DNA of 64,000 nt from Camelus ferus (lineage: Eukaryota): contig NC_045696.1 in NCBI RefSeq assembly GCF_009834535.1, positions 74,030,001 through 74,094,000 on the forward strand. Direction: 5' to 3'. Positions 1 to 12,010 of the stretch are shown piece after piece. The first letter of the stretch is position 1; every line of letters begins with the position of its first letter. Made by a program: the position numbers and the translations under genes. Under the pieces are notes generated by a model, which searched no databases, was not told the DNA's origin, and saw nothing but the letters and a program-made list of their open reading frames with translations.

Positions 1-454
1 AAAGGGTTCATTAATCATGTAAATATCAGTGACTACAGAATTAAGATCTTGCAAGGGAGAATACGTATGTTAAGAAATGTTGGGTGTGTCTAATCACACA
101 GCTGCCTCACGATTAGAAATAATAGATTCTTATAGGTTACAAGATACTCAGAAATAATTCTGACATTAATTGAAATGCCTGTTGCCTACCTACCCTTACT
201 TTTATCAAAGTTAAATTGTCAAATTTTCTGATAGAACAGGTTTTTAAGCTTTGAAGGTGAGGAAATACATTATTTATAAAAATTTATTTTGTTATGAGCA
301 GTCATGGTAAATCTGAGAGGAAAAGTTTTAACCATATGAAATTTCTAGCTGTGTACCTGCCCCTTGTTTTTCCCTTTTTACAATCTGTCAATTCCTGGAC
401 GCAGTGTGGGAATACCAGCACATAGCACATTGTTCAGAAGAGTCAGTGATTAAT

Positions 455-672
455 GCATAGTGACTATAGTTAATAATACTGTATTGTATATTTGAAAGCT
501 GCTGGGAGAAGTTCTTATCACAAGAAAAAAATCATAACTGTGTCATGATGGATGTTAACTAAGTTTATTGTGGTAGTCATTTTGCAATGTGTACATATAT
601 CAAATCATTATGTTGTACACTTAAAACTAATACAATGTTATATGTTAATTATATCTCAATTAAAAAAAGAAA
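455..672 (+). mobile_element. L1 (L1MA/MB-like) 3' end fragment
   Basis: Typical L1M 3'UTR text (ataatactgtattgtata...atcaaatcattatgttgtacacttaaaac...tatctcaat) ending in an A-rich tail. Confidence 0.8.
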
Positions 673-924
673 AAGAAAGCTTTGAGTTTAGCTCTAATTT
701 AGAATAATTTCAATAGTGACAATACAGTAAGCATCTAATAGTTTTTTTTTTAAAATGATTCAGGAGTTACATAGTATGAAGGAAAGATTTAGCACAATAA
801 TGAAAGAAAAAAGGCCAAGAAAAAAAAGAAAAATTAGTGGTTTTCTGCCTAAGGAGAGCAGCAGAGGAGAGAAAGGAGCTCTCTCATGTTACAGGCTCCA
901 GGAAATAATGTTACCACCTATCGA

Positions 925-1115
925 GTATTTACTTTTTGCTATATACTATCCTAAGTTATTTACAATCATTATCTCATGTAATCCTAACAATATTTTAAGG
1001 TAAGAATCATTTTCTCACTTTACAAATGGGGAAACTTGGCTCCAAATGTAAGTTGTTGAAAGATACACAGCTAATAAGTAAAGGAAATGTAATTTAAGTC
1101 CAATCTGTCTGATTA
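925..1115 (-). mobile_element. MIR SINE
   Basis: Reverse MIR core: ttatctcatgtaatcctaacaa...ttttacaaatggggaaacttggctc. Confidence 0.7.
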
Positions 1116-1224
1116 CAAAGACTGTATTTTAATGGCTCCATTACATTGCTTTTCTCCAAGGACACTAAATCTCCATGATTTCCACTCTTGAATCCTTTAT
1201 TACCTTGCAGATCAGAGTATTGTC

Positions 1225-1360
1225 CACACCAACATTACATCATGGCCTGGGACCTTGTTAGAAATGCAGAATCTCTGAACCCCTACCCTTCACCAACTGA
1301 ATCCGAATTTTCTTTTTACCAAGTTCTCCAGGAGCTTTGTATTTTAAAGCTTGAGAATCT
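1225..1360. mobile_element. MER5-like hAT-Charlie MITE
   Basis: ttgttagaaatgcagaatctc...ctgaatccgaa...aagcttgagaa resembles MER5A/B. Confidence 0.7.
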
Positions 1361-3289
1361 AAGGCCATCCACACCTTATTAATCTTGAATCTTATCAATA
1401 CAGGCTCAGCTTCTAACAGATTCTGTTGTACATCTGTGTTTCACCCATTCCACATTCATGCCTCTGTGTCTTCGTGCCTTCCTGCCACATGGAATGTCCA
1501 CTTCCCTTCACTTTCTCTCTCTAAAGCTAGCACATTACCCATGAATTGATTTATTCAGATGCAACTTTTTTGTTCTTTTGTATTCTGATCAATTGGAATT
1601 AATGGTTCTTTCTTCTGGATTCCCACAGTCCTTAGCATGTATTTCCACTGCAGTCTGTGATTGCCTCACCTTGGAGGACTGTCACATTTGTCTTCACATT
1701 CCTATATGCCTGGCAGAGTGCTTTCTTTGCCATTGCAGGTGCTCAATAAATGTTCCTTGGCTAAATAAATAAATGGTGTGAATGGTTCATCTTTCCATAC
1801 TTTCTAGAAACTTTCAGTTTTAATTTCTTCTTTGATCCAAAGGTTATAGAAGCATGAATCTTAATTCCCAAGTAGTTACCTTTGTTTTCTGGTCACCTTT
1901 TAATTATCTCCATTTTTATTCAGTGACATAGATTCTACTGTTAGAAACTTGTACATGATAGATTTTTAATGCATGCACATAAAAAATAAAAATAAAAAAG
2001 TATTTGAGAGGTGAAAAGTTTTATACACATTTAGGAAATTCAGTTTACTTTTGTATTCAGTTCTTCCATGTCATTATATTTATTACAAAATCTTTCCAAT
2101 TCTGAATGGTGTGTTAATATTATTGTATATACATTGTAATTATATATGAATTATCTAACAATATTTAGATTTCGAAGCCTTCAGATGCATCCCTTGAATG
2201 TGGTATAAGTTCTATTTAAAATAAAAACTTTATTTCACCCTACTTTTAGAGTAACATGCATTATGATATCAGTGTTTGAGTTGTACTACAGTTTTACCAG
2301 ACATTTCCTTTAGCAGCATTTACATAATAATTATAGCATATTTCATTTGCTATATCTGATCTCCTCCCCTCCACTGCCATCCTCAAACCCTTCAACTTTT
2401 CTTAGGATAGACATAATATTATCAGCAGGGACTGTTTCTTTTGTTATGAAAATAGTAGCAGTTCTACATTTTCAGATGTTGAATAGTCTCAGCAGTCATA
2501 TAAATTTATAAACTGCGAAGGAGTATCAGCTGTAGCTATAGAATTAGCATTAAAAAATGCATGACTCTCTCCCTGTATGTCTCTCTCTCCCTGTGTGTCA
2601 CCTTTGCTGTCTCTTAGCTCTGTGTTGTGAGCTGACTGTGTGGTAAAGCATCTGTTTGTGCACAGGACAAGAGAGATGAGGTAGGGATATTTGGGCTGGC
2701 TCAGTCCATCTGATGGTCTGGGGTCTCTGTTCTTGAGTACTCTGGGAAGGGCAGTGGATGGGTAGACACATTGACTGAGAAGGGAAGGTGTCTAGGACAC
2801 AGCTATGAGATGTGACCTCACATAATAATTGAAGAGAAATGTTAACTCCTGCTGCCTAATTGGGTTTGGTTCATTTTAAAATTCTGTTTACTTTAATTAG
2901 GTTCACTGCAGAATGGAAATCTTGCTGAGCTTGAAAATCTCCTGTCTCAAAATAATAAAAGAAGTTTGGCTCTCTTGGTGGTTCTTTGCCACTCTTCCAC
3001 TCCCCAAATTATTTTAGACATTAGTGGGACTCTATCCTAAAATGATTTAAGTTAAATGAAACCTGCAGTCAGGTCCTTGCTTGTTTCCTCAGAGTCAGCA
3101 CAAATAGGCATAAACACTATTTAATCTGCCCCTGGAAAGAAACCAGGATATGGATGAGGATGTCCACTGGAGACCTAGGCTTTCCACATTCTACAGAAAA
3201 ACAGCTGGCTTTTTAAGCATGTAATTCAATACTTTTTCCTTTTTTCATCATTACTCATTTAATAAAGTGACCATTTTATAAAGTGCAGG

Positions 3290-3605
3290 GGCAGAATGTA
3301 GGGAGAATACAAGGCATAGTACAAAAATCTGGGTGTAATAACAATGGCCTATTGCTAGGAGGAGCTGTGGACTTTGGTTGAGGGGTACAGTCCAGTCCAT
3401 GGAAACCTTGCAGAGGGATAAATACTCCAGCCTCTCTCGCTTCCCTTTTATCTTTGCTGGTGCACATCCTGTTAACCGTATGCAAGTTACTAACTGAAAG
3501 CATGAGGAAAACAGAGTTCGTAGATGTTATCCATACAGGTCCACACATGTATCTCTTCTCGCACAGAGCAGGTGGAGAGTGGATCTGGAAGGGGCCACGG
3601 GAAGA
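3290..3605. mobile_element. Old ERVL-type LTR fragment (LTR33-like)
   Basis: gcacagagcaggtggagagtggatctggaagggg motif recalled from LTR33-like consensus. Confidence 0.45.
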
Positions 3606-4369
3606 TCATTAGCATTCTGTTTGACTTTTGGTGCTTTGAATCCTTCAGGGGTTCAGTTTCATCCTCCTCTCTACTACGTACAGGTTTTTTTTTCAATCAT
3701 TGGCTTGTCTCACTCCAAGTGCTCTTCCTCGGCGATCTCACTCCTCCTCACTTTCTTATGACTACCAAGACTCTGTCAGTCCTTTCTGAAACTTCAGCTC
3801 TAACTCTAGCTGGGTTGGTTTTTAGATTTTCTTGAGAAATAAAAACCTAAAATAGGTTCATCTTGCTTCAGAGCCACCATAATTCACGATTTATATGACT
3901 GTTTGTGGTGTAAGAAGGACTGCACACTATTCATTGAGAAAACTGTAGTCAACTTAGGAAACAGTAGTCTTCTCTGCATAACCAAGGAGGATCAGATATC
4001 CATTCTCAGACTCATTGCTGCTATGTTTACTTGATTTGGACCGACTGTATATGAAACTGCTGTGTGATCAACCAGGATTCCTGCACATTGTAGGAGTTGA
4101 AATTTAAAAGAATTCCTGAGTTACAATGTGCAGTCTAGAGCATAGCAATGGCAGCTACCTACCAGGTAAATGTTGTGTAACACTGTTTCAATCCATTTGC
4201 CTAATTATTCTGACTCCAGAGCACGTACTCTTAATGTTTCACTATCCTGGACATGAATGATGGAGAGAAAGGGTAGCATCAAAGTTGATGCCAAGGTTCT
4301 GATTCCAGGTGATGGGGAGGAAGATGAGAAGTCGCAAAAGTAACAAGTTTGGAGGGGAAGATAGTTTTC

Positions 4370-5007
4370 TTCACCTTCACTGCTATCTGCTAATCCAAGA
4401 CATTGACATCTTTGATCTTTTGCAGTAATCTCCTCACTGTTCTGTATTTTGGCTCCTATTCAATCCATTCTCCCACACAGCCCTCAGCCCAGGTGATCTT
4501 ATAAAATATGGGTCTTCAGAGTTTAAACCCATCAAAGTTTTCTCATTACACTTGGAATAAAATTCAATCAAGTGCTTTGGAAAGTCTACCACGTCTCTGA
4601 ATGTCCATAGGCACATGCTATATCTTCCATCTAACTTTATCTTACGCTGTTGTTCACTGTTCTAAGTTCCTATCGTACTGGCTTTCTTTAAATTTCTGGT
4701 AAACATCGAACTTCCAAATCAGAACCTTTGCTCCAACTCTTCATCTGCTGGTTCCTTTTTATCCTTCAGTTATCAGCTTAAATGTCACTTTCTCAGAGAA
4801 GTGTTCCCTCTGCCCCAAGCGTAAAGAGTTCTCCATCACTACATCTTGTTCTTTTGCTTAATAGCATGTGTCTGAGTTCAGAATTATGTAATAATTTGTG
4901 TTTACTTTTAAAATACCTACCTCTATTTCGATTTTATTTGTAAGGAATTTATTGACTATGCAGCTCCTACCACATAATACTCAGTAAGTACTTGTTGAAT
5001 GAATGAA
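4370..5007 (+). mobile_element. L2 3' portion
   Basis: ccattctcccacacagcc...cagcttaaatgtcactttctcagagaag... ending actcagtaagtacttgttgaatgaatgaat (L2 tail). Confidence 0.75.
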
Positions 5008-6244
5008 TCTATATTCATTCAAGTTATCTATATTAATTTACCCTGTAATCATTGACGTCCCCTAATATTTATGTATTCACTGTATATCATTTTCTCATCT
5101 ATCATTTATTAAGTGACTCTCTGTGCATGGGTGCTGAGTAGCTGAAACTCTAAAGCCTCATTTTTTATCTCCCCACAGGAGTAAAGAGATCATTGTTATA
5201 CTTTATGCAAGCAGCTGCAGGTGAATTTCTGTCAAGATCAAATAAAGACAGCAATATTTAGATGGAAGACAGGAATGACCTCCTTTATCTATGTTCTATT
5301 TAGAAAAAAACCTAATTTCCATAATCGGCTATCATTTTATCTATAAATATTATGCAAACTATCTTGAGTCCTTATAATGCAAATTAGGTTATAAGGAGAA
5401 ATGAGTAGCAATGGCCCTCAAGATGAGCTATCTTCTGGGTGTATTTTTTCCAACATGCTTATGGAGGAATATAGCAGAGGTTAGGGTTCATGAAATAAGA
5501 AAAGGTGGGGCCGAACCTGTTCTTTCACTTGATCTCTTTATTTTTTTTTATCCTTTCCTACTTTTTCTGTTTCCTCTAGGGTAGATGGTGAGAGAATGAA
5601 GAGTGTAGGAAAAAGTGAAAAATCCTACATGTAATCTGGTTGTACGAGCCCCCCTAATAAGGCAGGGCACTGTGTAAGCAATGTGTCCAGGCTGAGCTCT
5701 TATGACCCAACCTCAGCCCCTGCCCCTGGAGGTACACCTTCTCCCTTTCTCCTGGGTTTCTCTATTTCTGACAGAATATTAGTTTATGTGGGGTAGCTTG
5801 AGCTTGGTTACCTCCTGCGGTCTCCCAGTGACCCACAGGGAACTCACATCCTTGCCTTAACAGTGGGGAAAGGGTAAGCTGTTCCCTCTTTGCTTTCTTC
5901 TCTCCTTGCTGCCATCATGGGGAGCTCCAGCCACCTTCATAATCTTCAGGTGGGAGGCAAACTTACATCTTCCTGTTCTTAAATACTTCCAAATGCTGGG
6001 GGTCACATATCAGGGTCACTCTCTCAGAGTTCCAACCTTGGTGGTCACACCAAGATGGGCCTCTGGCTTTTGTGGTTCAGCAAAAGCCCACCTGAAGTAA
6101 AATGTTTGTCTTCTCTTCCCTACAGTTCTCTCAGCCCTTAAGAGTGGTTCTCTAAGGGCTCTTCCATTGAGAGTAGAGAATAAAGCCAGTGTGCTGTCTA
6201 CTTACATGGATCCCCCTACCAAATGTTCTCCCTTCCTCTGTCCT

Positions 6245-6845
6245 TCCCCACTACAGTTCCTTCTTAAAACAGAAGCCAGAGTAATTTTTTGAAAGACTCA
6301 AGATAGATTAGGTCACTCCTTTGCTAAAAATTCTCCAATTTTTTAAAATCTCATTTAGAATTAAATTCAAAGTTCTTATCATTGTCTGTGTATTCCCCTT
6401 GCTCTGTTCCTCACTATTTCTTTGATCCCATTTTCTCCTATTCCTTTCCTTTAGCTCATTCTGTTCCTTGCTTTTCCTTGAACATACCAGGCTTGCTCCT
6501 TTCCATATGCCTGGAACGTTCTTCTTCCAAACATCCATTTGGCTAGCTTCTTTATCTCCTTCTACTTGGATGTAATCTTCTCAGAGAGGGCTTTGCTGAC
6601 CACCTTATCTGAAATATATCCCCCACTCTGCTTCTGGTTTCCAAGCAATGCTGACAATGGATAAGTTGGGTGTTTTAAGTCTATAGCCATTATTTCTTTA
6701 CTTGACTCTAAAATGATTATGTAATTTTTCTACTTTATTGATTTGTTTAGTGTATCCATTTAGCTCATATGTTCCTGGGAAAGCATAATCATGACCCTTT
6801 TTATTAGTTCTGCAGCAAATAGGTACTTAATAAATGCTTTTTGAA
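6245..6845 (+). mobile_element. L2 3' portion
   Basis: agccagagtaatttttt...tgcctggaacgttcttc...aggtacttaataaatgc. Confidence 0.7.
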
Positions 6846-7184
6846 GCCTGGAGGAAAATCGAGATAGACAATAGTTTTTGAAGCTCTCCAGTAGCTTACT
6901 GTGGGACATGCAATTTACTGATTTATACAGTCTGGTTGTTGAAAGTTATGATGAAATTTAGTAGACTTCCTGCACCCTGGTTTCTACTATAACCCTTCCT
7001 TAAAAGTATTGTCAGATTGCAGTTTCCAAAGGACTGCTTTCATCATCGTCCTCCTTTGCCTAAAACCTTCAAAATCATGTCTGTGTGGTTGTGTGTGAGT
7101 ACATATTAGCATATCTGTATCATGTTAGGCCAAAGCTTGCTTTCTTCCCCCTCCCATCCTCACTTCCTCCCTTTCTTTATCACT

Positions 7185-7400
7185 AGTATTTAGTGAGCAA
7201 TATTATATATTAGGTCTATTTTTTTTTTTGTATTTCACCTGAAAAATTTTCCTATAACCTTCACAACATCTTGCAAGGATCTATTATTATCCTCATTTTA
7301 CAGATGGAGAAAATAGAGCTTGTACTGGTTAAGAAATTATCCCAGGTTATCCAGCTGGTAAGTGGCAGAATTGCAACTAGGAGCTAAATCTGTCTGTTCT
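7185..7400 (-). mobile_element. MIR SINE
   Basis: attattatcctcattttacagatggagaaa...cagctggtaagtggcagaa. Confidence 0.75.
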
Positions 7401-8204
7401 AGAGCTCTTCTACCAGTGTTTCCTCAAACCTAAGAGATATACAGACTACTTTGGGGGGGGGGTTATTTTTCCACTTTTTCATTGAGGTTTAATATAGATG
7501 CAGTAAAGTACACAAATATTGTGTTCAGTGAATTTGTAAATATCTGTTCATCCATTGAATTACCACTCAGATCAAGATATACAGTATTTCCAGTTCTTTA
7601 TTTTAGGTAGACTGCTTTTTAAAGACAACACAATTTTTCACTGCTGACCAGTGCTGACTTAAATTATTTTTACTAAATTAAAATAAACAGAAAATTATAT
7701 ATAATTGTCTTATATTTATAGTTCTTGTACAAGCATAAAACCTATAAAATTATATATTTAATTTAAACAAAGCTGAAAATTCAGTAAAATTTCAAGTAGC
7801 AAAATTCAATGAGGCAGATGATGTTTTGCTGAAACCAAATCTCTGTCACCAGGTGAATATAGTATTGATTTAAAGATAGGTATTTGGCTTTTGCTGTGCC
7901 TGGGTCACTGTGTGGTATCACTTTTTCCCCATTTGAATTGTCTCAAATGTTTAATCATACATTACTCTATGTCACCATTTGGACCTTGTTTCATGTGAAT
8001 ACATCATTTCTGTATTGAATCAACTTCTGTTTTGTTCTTCAATAATTAGTTAGCACCAAGATAATCAGATACATACATAGATGTGGGTACTAAAATCTTT
8101 TGTCAATACTTGGTATTGAGGTGGTCATAAGGATATAGCTATCAAGTATAAAAATTTTCTTAGAAAATAAATGAAAATACAAAATTTAAAAATTCTGTGG
8201 AGAA

Positions 8205-9792
8205 GAAAAAGAATGCAGCTGAGGCATAAACCTCCCAGACTTTAGACAATACTACAAAGGTACAGTAATTAAAACAGTGTGGTATTGGTGCAAAACCAGA
8301 CATGGCTCAATGGAACAGAATAAAGAGCCCAGATGTAAACCCACACACCTATGGTCAATTAATCTTTGACAAAGGAGGCAAGAATATAGTCTCTTCAGCA
8401 AGTGGTGTTGGAAAAGCCAGACAGTTGCTTGTTAAATCAATAAAGTTAGAACACTCCCTCATACCATACACAAAAATAAACTCCGAATGGCTTAAAAACT
8501 TAAATTAAGACATAACACCATAAAAATCCTAGAAAAGAACACAAGCAAAACATTCCCCTACATAAATTGTAACAATGTTTTCCTAGTTCAGTCTACCAAG
8601 GCAATAGAAATAAAAGCAAAAATAAACAACTGGGACCTAATCAAACTTACAAGCTTTTTTTTTTTTTTAACCTTTTTTTATTGTGTTATAGTCATTTTAC
8701 AATGTTGTGTATAAGCGTTGAATAGCAAAGGAAACCATAAACAAAATGAAAGGACAACCTATGGAATGGGAGAAGATAGTTGCAAATGATGTGACTGACA
8801 AGGGCTTAATTTCCAGAATATACAAATAGCTCATACAACTCAATAACAAAAACACTTAAAACCCAATCAAAAAACGGGCAGAAGACCTAAACAGACATTT
8901 CTCCAATGAAGACATACATATGGCCAATAGGCACATGAAAAGATGCTCATTATCACTAATAGAGAAATACAGATCAAAACTGCAATGAGGTATCACCTCA
9001 CACCAGTCAGAATGGCCACTAATTAAAAAGTCCACAAATGATAAGTGCTGGAGAGTGTGTGGAGAAAAGGGAGCCCTCCTACACTGTTGGTGGGAATGTA
9101 GTTTGGTGCAGCCATTATGGAAAACAGTATGGAGATTTCTTTAAAAACTAAAAATAGAGTTACCATATGATCCAGCAATCCCACTCATGGGCATGTATCT
9201 GAAGGAAACTGTAGTTTGAAAAGATACATGCACTCCTGTGTTCATAGCAGCACTATTCACAATAGCCAAGACATGGAAACAACCCAAGTGCCTATCAACA
9301 GATGATTGGTTTAAAAAGATATGGTATATATATATATATATGCATATTAGTCAGCCATAAAAAGGATGAAATAATGCCATGTGCAATAACATGCATAGAT
9401 CTAGAGATTACCATACTAAGTGAAGTAAGTTAGACAGAGAAAGATAAATATATAATATCACTTATATGTGGAGTCTAAAAAATGACACAAATGAACTTAT
9501 TTACAGAACAGAAACAGACTCACAGACATAGAAAACAAACTTATACTTACCAAAGGGGAACAAGGGAAGAGGGATAAATTAGGAGTTTGGGATTGGCAGA
9601 TACAAACTACTATAGATAAAATAGATAAACAGCAAGGTCCTACTGTATAGCACTATATTCAGTAGTTTGTAATAACCTATAATGAAAAAGAATATGGAAA
9701 AGAATGTATATGTGTGCGTGTGTATGTGTTTCTGAATCACTATGCTATAACTAACACATCATGGAAAATCAACTATACATTAATTTAAAAAA
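8205..9792 (+). mobile_element. 5'-truncated L1 (ORF2 C-terminus plus cetartiodactyl-type 3'UTR)
   Basis: ORF2-like peptide [27 protein letters not shown] at 8302-8508; 3'UTR gggataaattaggagtttgggatt...atagataaacagcaaggtcctactgtatagc; multiple stops/frameshifts. Confidence 0.95.
8655..8709 (-). mobile_element. Very short antisense L1 3'-tail insertion inside the L1
   Basis: poly(T) plus ttattgtgttatagtcattttacaatgttgtg, flanked by tacaagcttt / tataagcgtt (degenerate TSD). Confidence 0.7.
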
Positions 9793-10489
9793 TAGTTGCC
9801 AGTTATTAAGTAGTGGAGCTGAGATGGACTCTTCCTTTCTAAGACCACATCTGACCGTTTGGTTACTGTTAAGTCCCACCGAGCAGATTGAAGGAAGAGT
9901 AGGTAGTAAGTGTAAGGAGTCTTGTTACCTGAGTTTTCATGATTTGAGGCCGTGTAGTTATGGGATTGTGTAAGAAGGTAAACTTTGTCATAACACAGAA
10001 CTATTAGTAAACTAGTGACTTAAAAAAAATCTAAAAAAAAAATCTTGTGGAGAACCTTGTAGGACTACTGAGGCTATGCCAGTGGAGTTTCAGTTAAGGA
10101 AACACTGTGCTGTATCCTGCTCATTCCAATGTCTGAGCCTCAGGGTCAACCATCCTATGAGTCATTTCTACTTAGAGCACATGATTGGTGATAAAACATG
10201 GCTCCTGCTCTGTTAGGCTGGTGTCCTTACTTCCTGAGGAATGTGTCATAGATATTTCTAGTATATGCCTTTAGTTTCCTAGAAAACCTTCCATTAAGGT
10301 ATTGCCTACCTAATGCTGACCGTTTTTTAAAATCACAGTTAAAATTTCACCTTCTTTATAAAATCATTCCTAATCTCTTTAACTTGTGTAAGTCTCTTTT
10401 TTTCTACAGTTTGTATCCATATTTTAGTACAGATCTTATTTAGTTCATAATGTTTTTTACAAATTAGTATAATTTACAGTCATAATTTC

Positions 10490-10582
10490 TTTTCTTTTCT
10501 TTTTTTTTTTTTGAGGATTGAACCCAAGACCTCATGCATGCTAAGCAAGCTCTCTACTACTGAGCTATACCCATCTACCCCC
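10490..10582 (-). mobile_element. tRNA-derived SINE (vic-1-like, camelid)
   Basis: poly(T)-gaggattgaacccaagacctcatgcatgctaagcaagctctctactactgagctataccc; reverse strand gives tRNA-like A box (tagctcagtagtaga) and B box (ggttcaatcc). Confidence 0.8.
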
Positions 10583-11734
10583 TATAACTTATAGTTTTAA
10601 AGTTTATTATATTATACCATGTGTATTAGTTTTAGTCACTAGATTTTAAGAGTTTGAGGTCAGTGAAGTTTTGTGATAATGTAGTGTAGCAGAAGGAACA
10701 TTGGTTTTTAATTACATTTACATTACTGCAAGCCTCACTGGAATTGTTTTCATATTTAAAAATTGGCATTAAGAATTCAGAGGAGTTAATATGTTTAAGA
10801 AAACCTATAATAATGACCTAGGAAGAAGAGTCTTAATGGTGAATGTTTATTTACTCTGTATTGAAGATGGGTATGGTTGTAGCTACATGAAGATTTACTA
10901 GGAAGATAGAAAACCTGAAAGTGATTGAAACTGCTGACCATTACTTTTGATGATAATCAAAACCATCAAAGCAAGCATAAAATGATTGATAAGTGACTTT
11001 GGGATCCTGGAGAACTCAAATGGTGAAAAAAGAGAAGATATTACAAGTGAATAGCTAACTGAATATATAGTATCATGGGATAAAAAAGGGTTTTCCAGAC
11101 TAATTGGGAACCTGGGAAATTTGGAATATACATTGCAAAACCTGGAAGAGAACCTGCAGACTTTTCAAAGAGTTTTCAACTCAAATTTAAAAGGGGTTTA
11201 GACATAGAGATAATGTTTATCAAAAAATTTAAATCCAAATAATATACAAGATAGCAGATCTAACACTGACAGATCAATAGTGGAAAAGATGCATTTTCAC
11301 TGGAGAAAATAAGAAAGGGGTAATTAATAACACTTTTGGCCTTAAATGTCTCCACACCAATGCAGAACATAAGTAATGAGGAAAGTAAACTAGAATGTTA
11401 AGACAAGGATGTAATTATTAAGATCTGGGTGGGATGGGGTTTAGAAGTAGAATTGAGTAATGAAATGGCATAAAGGCACACCTTGTTCAAAGAAACTAAA
11501 GAAATGATAGTGTGCTTCGTATTTGTTTTTAAAAAGTTGAGGAAGCAGTGAAGTAAACCTCCAGTATGAGCTTAATCTGATCAATGAGAGACAACTGCTT
11601 GAAGATATGAAAGTGTGAAAGACCATTAATACAGGAACCATGTCATTTTGGATTTTGTAAAACCTGAAAAAAGGTAATGTAGGAATGTCTGGACCACTAA
11701 GTCATGCTAAGTAATGGTGGGTCTTATTTATTGA

Positions 11735-11920
11735 ACAGTTGTTAGTATAAAAGACACTGTAATAAGTGTTTGACATTGATTATTTCATATAATTCTTGTA
11801 ACTATTATCCCAGTATTACAGATGAAGAAACTGAGACTTAGAAAGATTTAAGTAATTTTCCCAACATTGCACAAAAATTTAGTAGAGGAGCCAGATTTGA
11901 ATCCAGTTAGTCTGAATTTA
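11735..11920 (-). mobile_element. MIR SINE
   Basis: attatcccagtattacagatgaagaaactgagactta...gagccagatttgaatccag. Confidence 0.8.
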
Positions 11921-12010
11921 GAAATCTATTTCTAAGAATGTAGATTTCTTAGACTTTTTAGAAAAGATAAATAGATTTCTTTGACCAGTGAATTTAAAAG
12001 AAAGGATGGC

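Larger units (their letters stand above)
7414..10107. mobile_element. hAT/Charlie-type DNA transposon remnant, interrupted by L1 insertions
   Basis: Terminal inverted repeats CAGTGTTTCCT (7414-7424) and AGGAAACACTG (10097-10107); AT-rich interior; 8 bp TSD poorly preserved. Confidence 0.55.

Noticed and set aside
4995..5022. Hairpin ttgaatgaat-N8-attcattcaa at an L2 tail as a miR-28-like precursor
   Set aside because: The stem is only 10 bp of simple (TGAA)n sequence and does not extend to pre-miRNA length
5179..5220. 42-nt exon-like segment (ccccacag ... CAG|gtgaat)
   Set aside because: Moderate donor, no recognisable peptide and no other support
10510..10572. tRNA gene (also at 46143-46210)
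   Set aside because: Has an A-rich tail, decayed CpGs and no intact cloverleaf; better explained as a SINE
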